This document shows, one piece after another, positions 51,998 through 59,882 of a stretch of DNA of 61,249 nt. The DNA is from a virus. The stretch lies in IMG/VR virus record IMGVR_UViG_3300050821_004166, positions 1-61,249 of that record; one strand, given 5' to 3'. The notes below the pieces were generated by a model. It made no database searches, was not told the origin of the DNA, and saw only the letters and a list, made by a program, of their open reading frames with translations. Every line of letters begins with the position of its first letter. Position 1 is the first letter of the stretch. The position numbers were made by a program, and so were the translations under genes.

Positions 51998-52080
51998 GTG
52001 AGTTTGTAGCTTTTGTCGGAGCGGTGGCTTTTTCGGTGTTGCTCATCGCCATACTCCGCAGGATGTTCGAAAGACGCTAA
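51994..52080 (+). CDS. 28-aa single-TM micro-protein
   Basis: Not in the ORF track. GTGA overlap with the upstream gene. VSEFVAFVGAVAFSVLLIAILRRMFERR. Confidence 0.4.
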   Translation: MSEFVAFVGAVAFSVLLIAILRRMFERR

Positions 52081-52098
52081 CAAAAAGGAGAAACGCCA

Positions 52099-52449
52099 AT
52101 GTCCTCAGCTTCAGCTTCAGGTTCAAGTTCAGCTCAAAGCCGGCATGACGCGGAAGACGCAAAACAAGACGCAAAAGACGCAAAAGCGGCGGCGGCTGCC
52201 GTACTTGCGAAGGTCTACCACGTTGAGTATCTCGTTCGCGGGCCGGCTATTCCCAAAGAAAAGCGCACGCATTTCACCGGTCCCGACCCTGTAACGCATG
52301 GGGTTGCTGTGGTTCTGGTGGAAGATCCACTGCAGATCAAGGGAGTGCTCGAGAAGCACTTCGGTCACGGCGAAGGAGAAACACTGGAGATCACCACGAC
52401 CCGCGTACTCGCGGAGAATGTCCTGACGGCGGCTACAAAGGCTGGTTAA
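52099..52449 (+). CDS. Hypothetical protein with a Ser/Ala/Lys-rich N-terminus
   Basis: AAAGGAGAA upstream of the ATG; 116 aa. Confidence 0.45.
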   Translation: MSSASASGSSSAQSRHDAEDAKQDAKDAKAAAAAVLAKVYHVEYLVRGPAIPKEKRTHFTGPDPVTHGVAVVLVEDPLQIKGVLEKHFGHGEGETLEITTTRVLAENVLTAATKAG

Positions 52450-52520
52450 GTGGGCGATTCAAAAGACGTTATTATGCCTCCATAAGCTAGAATCAATACG
52501 TTGACTCTAGCAAGGTTGGG

Positions 52521-52718
52521 TTGAGAGTGCCGGAATTCCTCGAGCGGAAGTTAAAGGCGAAGGCGGCCAAGAAGGGACTCAAAGGCCGCCGAGCCGCTAG
52601 ATACGTGTACGGCGGGCTCAATAACATGGGCGCCATGCACGGCAACAAGGAAACCGCGCACGGCAAGGCCATGCAGCGGAAGCATGAAGACCGGATTCGA
52701 TCGTTTGGGGGTGTCTGA
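52521..52718 (+). CDS. Small basic protein (KGL.GRRA.RYVYG..NNMGAMHGNKET type)
   Basis: 65 aa; ends IRSFGGV. Confidence 0.45.
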   Translation: MRVPEFLERKLKAKAAKKGLKGRRAARYVYGGLNNMGAMHGNKETAHGKAMQRKHEDRIRSFGGV

Positions 52719-53227
52719 TGCTACTCAGGAACCGTTCACTGGCGCCGAGGAGTTTCCCTCCGAAGCGCGGATTCAAAGCCTTGAAGCTCGAGGACGACAT
52801 TACCGGACGGGCCGACGACGAGCCCGGCAACACCGGCAGCAGTACGTCTTCGATCTACCCGAGTGAGAAGCTCGCCACACCTGGGAAGAGCCAGGTGCCA
52901 TTCTCACCGGAAGGAGGCGGCCGTATGTTGCGAACTCCGAAGTTTAAGGCGCGAGGCGCCGGCAGCAGCTTCGTATCCTCGAGCCGGATGGGGCAAGGCC
53001 AGGGGTTCCGGAAGGGCAAGGGGTTTGGTTCTGCTCCGCGCATCGACGCCGGCAGCGCGTCGTATGGGACTCACCGCGGCGGCGGGATACCGAAGACCAG
53101 GCAGCCCGGACCGGGCAAGAAGGTAGTTTCCGCGAAGATGCACCAAGGACAGGGGTTCAAGAAGGGCAAGCGCCCGCCTTCGCTGAACGCCCGCATTGCT
53201 TCTTTTGGTGGACTAGCCAGGATGTAA
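52718..53227 (+). CDS. Basic Gly-rich protein with an internal repeat
   Basis: TGATG overlap with the upstream gene. MGQGQGFRKGKGF and MHQGQGFKKGKRP. Ends IASFGGLARM. Confidence 0.45.
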   Translation: MLLRNRSLAPRSFPPKRGFKALKLEDDITGRADDEPGNTGSSTSSIYPSEKLATPGKSQVPFSPEGGGRMLRTPKFKARGAGSSFVSSSRMGQGQGFRKGKGFGSAPRIDAGSASYGTHRGGGIPKTRQPGPGKKVVSAKMHQGQGFKKGKRPPSLNARIASFGGLARM

Positions 53228-53258
53228 CCTGATAGACTCCCGCGGCTAGGAGGTAGTT

Positions 53259-53564
53259 ATGGAACGGGATGCCCCAACTCAGATCGGACGCCACACACTT
53301 ACTCAGTCAGGTGGCATCGGCCCGGCGGTCGAGAGAGAAACCGCTCTGGATACCGTCAATAGTCACATCCACGCTTTGCGCGAGCTCCGCGCTCGTATTG
53401 CTGCGATAAACCAAGGGTTGCGCGGTCCATTGCCGAAAGAAGGCCAAGACCGACCCGCCCCTGAAGGAATCTCCGATCTTATGGCCGGGTTGAGTGAAGA
53501 GAATCTGCTCCTCAAGGCCTGTCACAACGAATTGAACGAGACCTGCGCCGTACTCGGCGTCTGA
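53259..53564 (+). CDS. Hypothetical protein
   Basis: AGGAGG upstream of the ATG; 101 aa. Confidence 0.4.
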   Translation: MERDAPTQIGRHTLTQSGGIGPAVERETALDTVNSHIHALRELRARIAAINQGLRGPLPKEGQDRPAPEGISDLMAGLSEENLLLKACHNELNETCAVLGV

Positions 53565-53922
53565 CGCCTTACCTGAGAGGAAAAAACCACGCCGGGGGGC
53601 TACGTGGATGAAATCCCCCCAAAGTTTCGGCGGTCCGAGGGAAGCCGCCAGCCAAAATACCACGTCAAAAAAAATCCAAGTTGAGCGTTGTTTGCTTTAC
53701 CCAAGATTGATTGCCAATGCTTGGCATATCTATAGAGCCGTTCCTCGCAGTCGCCGGAGCAGTCGGGAAGGTGGAGGACGCGGCAAGAAACGGAGAGGGA
53801 AGACAAAGAGAGTGCGATGACCTACAGGGCGCCGTTTGTTCCCGCGGTGCTCCGAGAAGCGAGCTGCTGTACTCTTTGCCTTCCCCCTTGTTCTCCTCCT
53901 TCCTAAATTAGTTCTGGCTCAC

Positions 53923-53940
53923 ACTGGCACAATCTGATAT
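53923..53940 (+). promoter_or_regulatory. Conserved 18-mer ACTGGCACAATCTGATAT, family 2 element, copy B
   Basis: Matches 47152-47169 at 17 of 18 positions. Lies 26 nt upstream of ATG 53966, which has an AAGGAGA SD. Confidence 0.5.
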
Positions 53941-53965
53941 CCTCCTTCCAAGGAGAAATGCTGCT

Positions 53966-54280
53966 ATGCGAACCAGTAGAGACGTGTTCAATGTTCATGG
54001 TGTTTTACTTCACGGCTTCGATTACGAAAACCAGGCATGGGTTGAGAACGGGAAATACCTCCGCTGCGGTCATCCGGATCCGATGGATTGCGGCTGCTTT
54101 GGCAGGTTGCACGAAGGCGAATCTGTGACTCCGCGAGTGGTGTCGATCGATGTCTTAAAATTCCCGCACGGAATTTCCTGTCGAACAACAACGACAACCG
54201 ACGCGACACTATGGAGTTTTCCGAAACTCCCGCAGGGTACGATGCCCGCGATCGGTGGGCGAAGCGTTACGACGAATTGA
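53966..54280 (+). CDS. Small Cys-containing phage protein; 3' end uncertain
   Basis: QAWVENGKYLRCGHPDPMDCGCFGRLHEGE looks real. The tail after about 54130 is low quality. Confidence 0.4.
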   Translation: MRTSRDVFNVHGVLLHGFDYENQAWVENGKYLRCGHPDPMDCGCFGRLHEGESVTPRVVSIDVLKFPHGISCRTTTTTDATLWSFPKLPQGTMPAIGGRSVTTN

Positions 54281-54312
54281 ACGGTGCACCGGAAAGCGAC
54301 AACGATCAGTGA
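54211..54312 (+). CDS. Possible 33-aa acidic micro-protein
   Basis: MEFSETPAGYDARDRWAKRYDELNGAPESDNDQ. Its stop overlaps the next GTG. Confidence 0.3.
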   Translation: MEFSETPAGYDARDRWAKRYDELNGAPESDNDQ

Positions 54313-54524
54313 GTGAGCACTTCACCAAGAACACTCTAGGATGTACGGCGTGGTGCAAACGCTGCAGCGCGATGACGCAGCATCGCGTGGACTCTGGCCG
54401 GCGCGGTCCCTGCCTCGAGTGCATCAAGAAGCTGGAACTCAAGAACGAAGTGGAGAGAATCAGGAGAGGCCTCGCGGAAGAGCAGCGCCAGGACCGCGAG
54501 AGACAGAACCCGAGGTTGTTCTGA
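54309..54524 (+). CDS. Zinc-ribbon protein
   Basis: GTGA overlap with the upstream gene. CTAWCKRC...CLEC. Confidence 0.4.
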   Translation: MSEHFTKNTLGCTAWCKRCSAMTQHRVDSGRRGPCLECIKKLELKNEVERIRRGLAEEQRQDRERQNPRLF

Positions 54525-54754
54525 TGAACAATCCATTCGACAGCCGTAAAAAAACCGTTGTTATCCGGACGAAAGCGGAAGCCGAAGCAGCGTTGCGCCA
54601 ACACCGGAAAGAAGCTCATGGGACAGAAGACCTGGAAGAGTTTTTCGACTGTTCCGCTTGCGGAGTGTTGGAACGAAGGCTGTCACAAGCGTTAGACGTG
54701 TCTGGTCCGCACATGGAAGCCTACGACGACACGCCTTACTCTCCGGAGGAATGA
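54524..54754 (+). CDS. Hypothetical protein
   Basis: TGATG overlap with the upstream gene; 76 aa. Confidence 0.4.
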   Translation: MNNPFDSRKKTVVIRTKAEAEAALRQHRKEAHGTEDLEEFFDCSACGVLERRLSQALDVSGPHMEAYDDTPYSPEE

Positions 54755-54939
54755 TGAAGACCTACATCGGGGACGGTGTTTATGCGAAGTGGGAAGAGAT
54801 CGGCGCCCTTACGCTAACAACAGAGAACGGCGCCGGCGTGACAAACGTTATCGTCATCGAGCCAGAGGTTTGGGTTGCGCTGGTCGAGTACATGAAGCGT
54901 TCTGTCCCCCACATCGAAGGGAAACCGTGGGCCAGCTAA
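54751..54939 (+). CDS. Hypothetical protein
   Basis: ATGA overlap with GGAGGA upstream; 62 aa. Confidence 0.4.
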   Translation: MMKTYIGDGVYAKWEEIGALTLTTENGAGVTNVIVIEPEVWVALVEYMKRSVPHIEGKPWAS

Positions 54940-55403
54940 TCGAGGCCTGGTTCGATGCGGTAACCGAGCCCGTCAACCCAGGTGGGCACGGCGCTTGGGG
55001 GATTCTCGTCAAGGTGGACGGCAAGAAGGTTCACGAAGGCGCCGGCTACGTCGGGAACGGCCCACAAATCTCAAATAACGTCTCGGAGTATTCCGGTTTC
55101 AATGCCGCAGTAGACTGGATTCTGAACAAGAACCTCCTCGGCGTGACGATCATCCGGGGAGACTCGAAGCTAGTCATCAAGCAACTGAGCGGCGAGTGGA
55201 AGATCAACGGTGGCCTGTATCTGCCCTATTACTACAAAGCGAGTCATTTGCTGGCAGTCTTGAAGGAGCGCACCGGCAACAACGTGAGTCTGCAGTGGAT
55301 CTCTCGCAACGATAACGGAGAGTGTGACAAGTTGAGCAAGAATGTGCTGCGGAGAATGGGTATCAAGTTTCGCCTGCAGCCAGAGGCGTCAAATGATAAC
55401 TAG
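54927..55403 (+). CDS. RNase H (type 1-like)
   Basis: DEDD-type pattern: WFDAV..NPGG.GAWG, NNVSEY, IIRGDSKLVI, NGECDKLSK. GTG 54927 is the first in-frame start outside the upstream gene body. Confidence 0.7.
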   Translation: MGQLIEAWFDAVTEPVNPGGHGAWGILVKVDGKKVHEGAGYVGNGPQISNNVSEYSGFNAAVDWILNKNLLGVTIIRGDSKLVIKQLSGEWKINGGLYLPYYYKASHLLAVLKERTGNNVSLQWISRNDNGECDKLSKNVLRRMGIKFRLQPEASNDN

Positions 55404-55677
55404 GGTTAGGGTTGCGCCGGTCGAGAGATGGTGTCAGCCGATGCTTGCCTTGCTTCAGAAGGCGAAAAACGATGACGTGGAACCATCCTCTGGGTTGCTC
55501 GTTGCCATTGAGACCAGTTCGATTCGAATTGGGCGAATGTGTGGAGGCCGGGAATGGCGCCTGGTTGTCGGATTTTGTGACGATATAATCGTGTCAGACG
55601 TTGAAACAGCGGAGAACATTCACCCTGGCGAAACGACGAATGTTTGGGGTTGCGAGCACATGCTCGAGGTGGATTGA
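55393..55677 (+). CDS. Hypothetical protein
   Basis: ATGA overlap with the upstream gene; 94 aa. Confidence 0.4.
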   Translation: MITRVRVAPVERWCQPMLALLQKAKNDDVEPSSGLLVAIETSSIRIGRMCGGREWRLVVGFCDDIIVSDVETAENIHPGETTNVWGCEHMLEVD

Positions 55678-55685
55678 GGTTCACA

Positions 55686-56057
55686 ATGACTCAAGCCGAG
55701 CGGCGTGAAATCGTGCTGTCTTACGTAAAAGAAATTAAGGAGTGGAATACTCCAGCTTTCCCCACAGAGTTGACCGACGCAGTTCTCGGAGACCCGAGCT
55801 ATATCTCCTTCAACATCGATGAAGGTCCATATTTTGGACAGATATTCCGCTGCCATAGGAATGTGCGGAAGGATTGGGTGGCTTCGGCGGCAGTCTACTG
55901 CTGCGGCGGCCGGCACATGGTTTCCGGGGGAGTGGTGCTCCACACCATGCGCGGGCTGTTGTCGTTCCCAGAGTTTCCCGCAGCCTGGCATATCGAGTAT
56001 CAGCCACAGCACGGCCTATGGGACGAGATCACGATTTGTCGGCTGATACCGGAGTAG
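55686..56057 (+). CDS. Hypothetical protein
   Basis: 123 aa from the internal ATG of ORF 55644..56057. Confidence 0.4.
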   Translation: MTQAERREIVLSYVKEIKEWNTPAFPTELTDAVLGDPSYISFNIDEGPYFGQIFRCHRNVRKDWVASAAVYCCGGRHMVSGGVVLHTMRGLLSFPEFPAAWHIEYQPQHGLWDEITICRLIPE

Positions 56058-56060
56058 CTT

Positions 56061-56300
56061 ATGAATCCCTGTCCAAACTGCGGAGATCCCCTGGGGCATC
56101 ACGGCCTGATGTGCCCGTTCAAGAAGGCGCAGCCGTGCGTTATCTGCGGAGAGATGACCGTGTGGGCTTGCTCAGACTGCCAGATCAGCCGGAAAGAGAC
56201 CATTCACGTCTGCACGAAGCCGGCTTGCCGGAACGCGCATGAGAGGGAAAGACAATGCAGACCGCCGTTGCTGTGGAAAGCGAGGCACTCATGCGTTTAG
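56061..56300 (+). CDS. Cys-rich zinc-binding protein
   Basis: CPNCG..C...CVICG...CSDC. Confidence 0.4.
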   Translation: MNPCPNCGDPLGHHGLMCPFKKAQPCVICGEMTVWACSDCQISRKETIHVCTKPACRNAHERERQCRPPLLWKARHSCV

Positions 56301-56503
56301 GCCAATCTACTCTGACACTCGAGGAGCGGATTACGGAAGCGAAGCGTCACATAGCGACTCTCAAGCCGCACTTTGCCGAGATGACCGACAAAGACCTGGC
56401 TTTCGTCCAGTCTATCGATGACTCCCTGCTCCGGTATGGCGCCAAAGCCTCGATATCCCCCAATCAAATCTTCTGGCTGAGAGACCTGATTCTGAAGTAT
56501 TGA
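56255..56503 (+). CDS. Hypothetical protein
   Basis: 82 aa; overlaps the upstream ORF by 46 nt. Confidence 0.35.
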   Translation: MQTAVAVESEALMRLGQSTLTLEERITEAKRHIATLKPHFAEMTDKDLAFVQSIDDSLLRYGAKASISPNQIFWLRDLILKY

Positions 56504-56513
56504 GGAGGGAATT

Positions 56514-56702
56514 ATGAGAGTGGACCTGGAACAAGTCGCAAACGACGACCGCGATGTGTTTAGCATCATTGCTCAGTCCATCTTCACCCTAATTGGGATG
56601 GAACCGACCGACCAGGACTCCGCAACCCTGCTGCTCGTTTCCATCCGGAAGCAGTGTGAGCAGCGCGTAATAGCGATTGATGGGGCGCTGAAGGACGATT
56701 AA
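56514..56702 (+). CDS. Hypothetical small acidic protein
   Basis: GAGGAGGG upstream of the ATG; 62 aa. Confidence 0.4.
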   Translation: MRVDLEQVANDDRDVFSIIAQSIFTLIGMEPTDQDSATLLLVSIRKQCEQRVIAIDGALKDD

Positions 56703-56783
56703 GCCTCTGCTGTTATGGGGAGACATGCCAATTTGTGCTAAGATTCCACAGCTTTCAAAGTCGGAACCGCCCCGACAAGTGAA

Positions 56784-57299
56784 ATGAGAAAACAGCGTAA
56801 CGCAGCAAAACCGAAGAAACGTAAGTGGGGAGCTAGAACCGGGACCGGTAAGAAGAAGCGGAAGCTATACACTCCTCGCACAAAGCAGTTAGCCGCGGTG
56901 CAGCTATTCGTCTCCGGAAGCAAGTACGCCGAGATCAGCAGGAAGCTAGGCCTCGACCGCGAAACCGTTGTCCGCATCGTCACCCAAGAAGAAGTTCATG
57001 CCATGGTCGAGGGATTCCGGGAAGCCGTCCTCAAGATGGTTCCGAACGCCCTGGTAGCTCTGGCACGATTGATAGACATTGGAGACCGGACCGCGGTTAT
57101 CGAGTGCCTGTACGGCGCCCGCGTCTTAATCGATCGGCACGAAATTGCTCCCGAAGCCGAGGAACCTGTGCGAACCTACGACTCTACCAGGGTGCTGTTC
57201 TTCGGAAAATTCGGTAGGTGGCCGAGGGATGAGGAGTTAAAGGCGTTCGATAAGACGATTCCGACAAAGCCGATCGTCAAAGGAGAGTTTACGAATTGA
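56784..57299 (+). CDS. HTH protein with a basic N-terminus; candidate small terminase subunit or regulator
   Basis: LFVSGSKYAEISRKLGLDRETVVRIV..EEVHAMVEGFREAVLKMV..ALVALARLI resembles HTH-type TerS N-terminal regions. Confidence 0.4.
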   Translation: MRKQRNAAKPKKRKWGARTGTGKKKRKLYTPRTKQLAAVQLFVSGSKYAEISRKLGLDRETVVRIVTQEEVHAMVEGFREAVLKMVPNALVALARLIDIGDRTAVIECLYGARVLIDRHEIAPEAEEPVRTYDSTRVLFFGKFGRWPRDEELKAFDKTIPTKPIVKGEFTN

Positions 57300-58750
57300 T
57301 CCTTAGAGACCCTGATTTGGCAAAGGTTCTCGAGAAAGAGGCTTTTACGGTCGATCCATTCAAGCGAGATCCCCACGTCCTGGCCGAGCGGTGGACCGGC
57401 TGTTACGAATCCTCCCGCGGCGATATCTTCACCAAGGAGTCTAACCGGCATCCCGCGAAGATGGCAGTGGGGCTCTGCTACCGGATATTCCAGCACGGCG
57501 AGGAGATGGGTTACTGGAAGAAGGGCGACGTCATCCTCGACCCGATGGCCGGGATTGGGACGACTCTCGTTGTGGGCGCCACACTTGGCTACCGCACGAT
57601 CGGCGTGGAGCTAGAACGCCATTTCGTGGAGCTCTGCGAGCAGAATATCCAGTTCTCGGAGAACTTCTGGCACACCATGGGCTTCGCGGTAGTGATTCAG
57701 GGGGATGCGCGGTTCCTCCCGGAATGTGTGCTGTCTCCCGAGCTGACGAACGGGTTAGTTACTTCCCCGCCCTACGCCGACATGGGCATGGCCTCTGCTA
57801 TTTGCGGCAAAGCCAGAAAGCTCTACCGGGATGGCAAGGTGGACGAGGCCTTGGCGGTCCTGCGGGAGCAAGAGGAGAAGGAGATTGCAGCGGGGTGGAC
57901 GAGATCCCCGCGGAGCGAGGAGTTTCTGCTGACGCAGTTGAAGAACGACGCAGAGTGGGCTAATGGCTACTCGGGCGCCGTTTCTAGTCCACCCTACGCC
58001 GGCAACATCGGCGGGGATAGCGGCATTGACTCGGAGAAGGAGAAGAAGCTCTCAGGCGTAAACGCGCAGCACAAGATCCCGCAGCGTTACGATGGCGTGG
58101 TGAACTCCCCTCCATTCCTTATGCCGGCGGGCGGCGGCAAGGGGATAGCAAAGACCGGCCATCGATTCGACCCTGGCCTCGCCAACCGTCAGTACGTCCC
58201 CGAGCAATTCAGCAAGAACGGAGCACAGATCGGAAACCTCAGAGACCCGAAGGGAGACCTGGACGCGGTTCTCTCGAGCCCGCCGTACCAAGATCAAATG
58301 TCTTCAGCTCGAGCCCGCGGGCGCGGTCCTGCCGGCGACCGCATCATTGCCGAGAAGAAGATCGAGCACAACAAGCTAGGCGACGGGCCCGACCAGATCG
58401 GAAACCTCCACGACCAGACCTACCTCCGCGCCATGTACGCGGTTTACGAGCAGATGTACCAGGTTCTCAAACCTAACGGTGTGGTGGCTCTCGTCACCAA
58501 GAACCCGGTAAAGGACAAGCAGATCCGGCGCCTTGACCTGGACACCATTGCTCTCATGGAACACGCCGGCTTCCTGCTGATTGAGCACAAGTGCGCGATG
58601 CTCTGCGATGAGGTGCAGCACGGCCATCTATTCGGCGGGGATGAGATCAAGAGGCGGCAGCGCAAGAGCTTCTTTAAGCGGTTGTACGAGAAGAAGTTTC
58701 CGGAGCTTGCCGTCGATTTCGAGGACGTGACTTTTTATAGAAAGGTGTGA
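57296..58750 (+). CDS. DNA N4/N6 methyltransferase with four (S/N)PP(Y/F) motifs
   Basis: HPAKMAVGL, VILDPMAGIGTTLVVGATLGYRTIGVEL (motif I). Then TSPPYADM, SSPPYAGN, NSPPFLMP and SSPPYQDQ. Confidence 0.8.
   Translation: MILRDPDLAKVLEKEAFTVDPFKRDPHVLAERWTGCYESSRGDIFTKESNRHPAKMAVGLCYRIFQHGEEMGYWKKGDVILDPMAGIGTTLVVGATLGYRTIGVELERHFVELCEQNIQFSENFWHTMGFAVVIQGDARFLPECVLSPELTNGLVTSPPYADMGMASAICGKARKLYRDGKVDEALAVLREQEEKEIAAGWTRSPRSEEFLLTQLKNDAEWANGYSGAVSSPPYAGNIGGDSGIDSEKEKKLSGVNAQHKIPQRYDGVVNSPPFLMPAGGGKGIAKTGHRFDPGLANRQYVPEQFSKNGAQIGNLRDPKGDLDAVLSSPPYQDQMSSARARGRGPAGDRIIAEKKIEHNKLGDGPDQIGNLHDQTYLRAMYAVYEQMYQVLKPNGVVALVTKNPVKDKQIRRLDLDTIALMEHAGFLLIEHKCAMLCDEVQHGHLFGGDEIKRRQRKSFFKRLYEKKFPELAVDFEDVTFYRKV
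58620..58665. repeat. 46-bp perfect direct repeat, copy 2 (identical to 40502-40547), inside the MTase CDS
   Basis: Encodes HGHLFGGDEIKRRQRK in the MTase frame. Confidence 0.95.
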
Positions 58751-59169
58751 ATGCTTTGAGAGAGCAGCTAGTAGCACGAATCACGGACTGTCTCGCCAAA
58801 GGTGGTCTATTTAACATGGAAGTTATGGAAGCTGGCAAGGTGCGTGACTTATTGATTGATTGTCGCACGGAGCTGGCGCCAGCAGAAAGCAGTTCAGCGA
58901 TTGCTATGCTGAAATCTGCCATCGGAGACTGTGTTGACCAGCAGCCGCACGACGCTATTCGGGCGAAACTCTGGCAAGCGGTAGAGATTATTTATCGACT
59001 GCGGGCGCAGGCCGAGACAGCACTGAACCGTAAGCAGATAATGGAAATTTTGTACCACGGTCGCACGATGGTAAATTTCCACCACGTCCCTGAAGTCACG
59101 CGAGCAATCGACTGGCTGAGTCAGGAGTTTGCAGACGCCATCGCCGCCGACACTCGACTCGGAAGGTGA
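58747..59169 (+). CDS. Hypothetical protein
   Basis: GTGA overlap with the upstream gene; 140 aa. Confidence 0.4.
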   Translation: MNALREQLVARITDCLAKGGLFNMEVMEAGKVRDLLIDCRTELAPAESSSAIAMLKSAIGDCVDQQPHDAIRAKLWQAVEIIYRLRAQAETALNRKQIMEILYHGRTMVNFHHVPEVTRAIDWLSQEFADAIAADTRLGR

Positions 59170-59173
59170 GCGC

Positions 59174-59374
59174 GTGAGAGTTACCATCATCCTCCTGGTG
59201 ATGTTGGGGCTGCTGCTCGTAATGCGGCGAGCGATCCGATTCTGGAGGTCTTTAGGCAATGCTCCGGTCACTCGCGCTTACGACCCAATCCACAATCCGG
59301 GAGGATGGAGAACTCGCTCGAGGCCTAGCAACAGAGACGTTAAGGAGTGGGCGAAGAAACGGGGGTTGAAGTGA
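59174..59374 (+). CDS. Small membrane protein
   Basis: VRVTIILLVMLGLLLVMRRAI. Confidence 0.4.
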   Translation: MRVTIILLVMLGLLLVMRRAIRFWRSLGNAPVTRAYDPIHNPGGWRTRSRPSNRDVKEWAKKRGLK

Positions 59375-59550
59375 GAGGCACCCTCATCCTTCTGGCCTAC
59401 GGCTGGATACTGGTCTGGTGTTTCGGTGTTGGGCCTATTTGGCTCGCGTGGCTGACCTGGCGCGTGAAAGGCGAGAGAAGAAAGGACGGGGGCCAGCATG
59501 GAGGACCTCCCATGACGCCAGCCAGAGCAAGGAAGCGGGTGTGCAAATGA
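59371..59550 (+). CDS. Small membrane protein
   Basis: GTGA overlap with the upstream gene. LILLAYGWILVWCFGVGPIWLAWLTW. Confidence 0.4.
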   Translation: MRGTLILLAYGWILVWCFGVGPIWLAWLTWRVKGERRKDGGQHGGPPMTPARARKRVCK

Positions 59551-59807
59551 GCGACAAGGAACGAATCGAACAGCTGGAATGTCAGTTGGCTGGATGCATG
59601 ACAGCGGCAACTGGATGGGCCAAGGACCCTCCCGTCGAGGGCGATTGGGGATGGAGTAAAGCATTTCAAGACGTGTTGCAATTGCGGGCGCGATTCGAGA
59701 ATCAACGCAAGTCGCTAGAAAGCGGCCTCGCTTTGGTTGAATCGGCCTTTGCAGCACGTATCGCATGGCGGACCAACGCGAGCCGATGCCGAGAAGTGGA
59801 TTGCTGA
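59547..59807 (+). CDS. Hypothetical protein
   Basis: ATGA overlap with the upstream gene; 86 aa. Confidence 0.4.
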   Translation: MSDKERIEQLECQLAGCMTAATGWAKDPPVEGDWGWSKAFQDVLQLRARFENQRKSLESGLALVESAFAARIAWRTNASRCREVDC

Positions 59808-59882
59808 AGCAAGAAGCGCTCTTGATTGGACATTCGGCTTGAAGGTGAACTAGCGGGGCGGGGCGCAACAGGGAAGCGAGGG

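Noticed and set aside
52013-52294. The 93-aa ORF spanning the gap between 51997 and 52099.
   Set aside because: It is out of frame with, and overlaps, the coupled 28-aa TM ORF (51994-52080) and the SD-preceded gene at 52099. Its composition is Arg/Ser/Cys-rich and shadow-like.
53608-53911. ORFs 53608-53820 and 53711-53911 in the 400-nt gap.
   Set aside because: They have low-complexity Arg/Lys/Gly or Ser/Leu composition, no SD and no coupling. The region is better explained as regulatory or RNA-coding.
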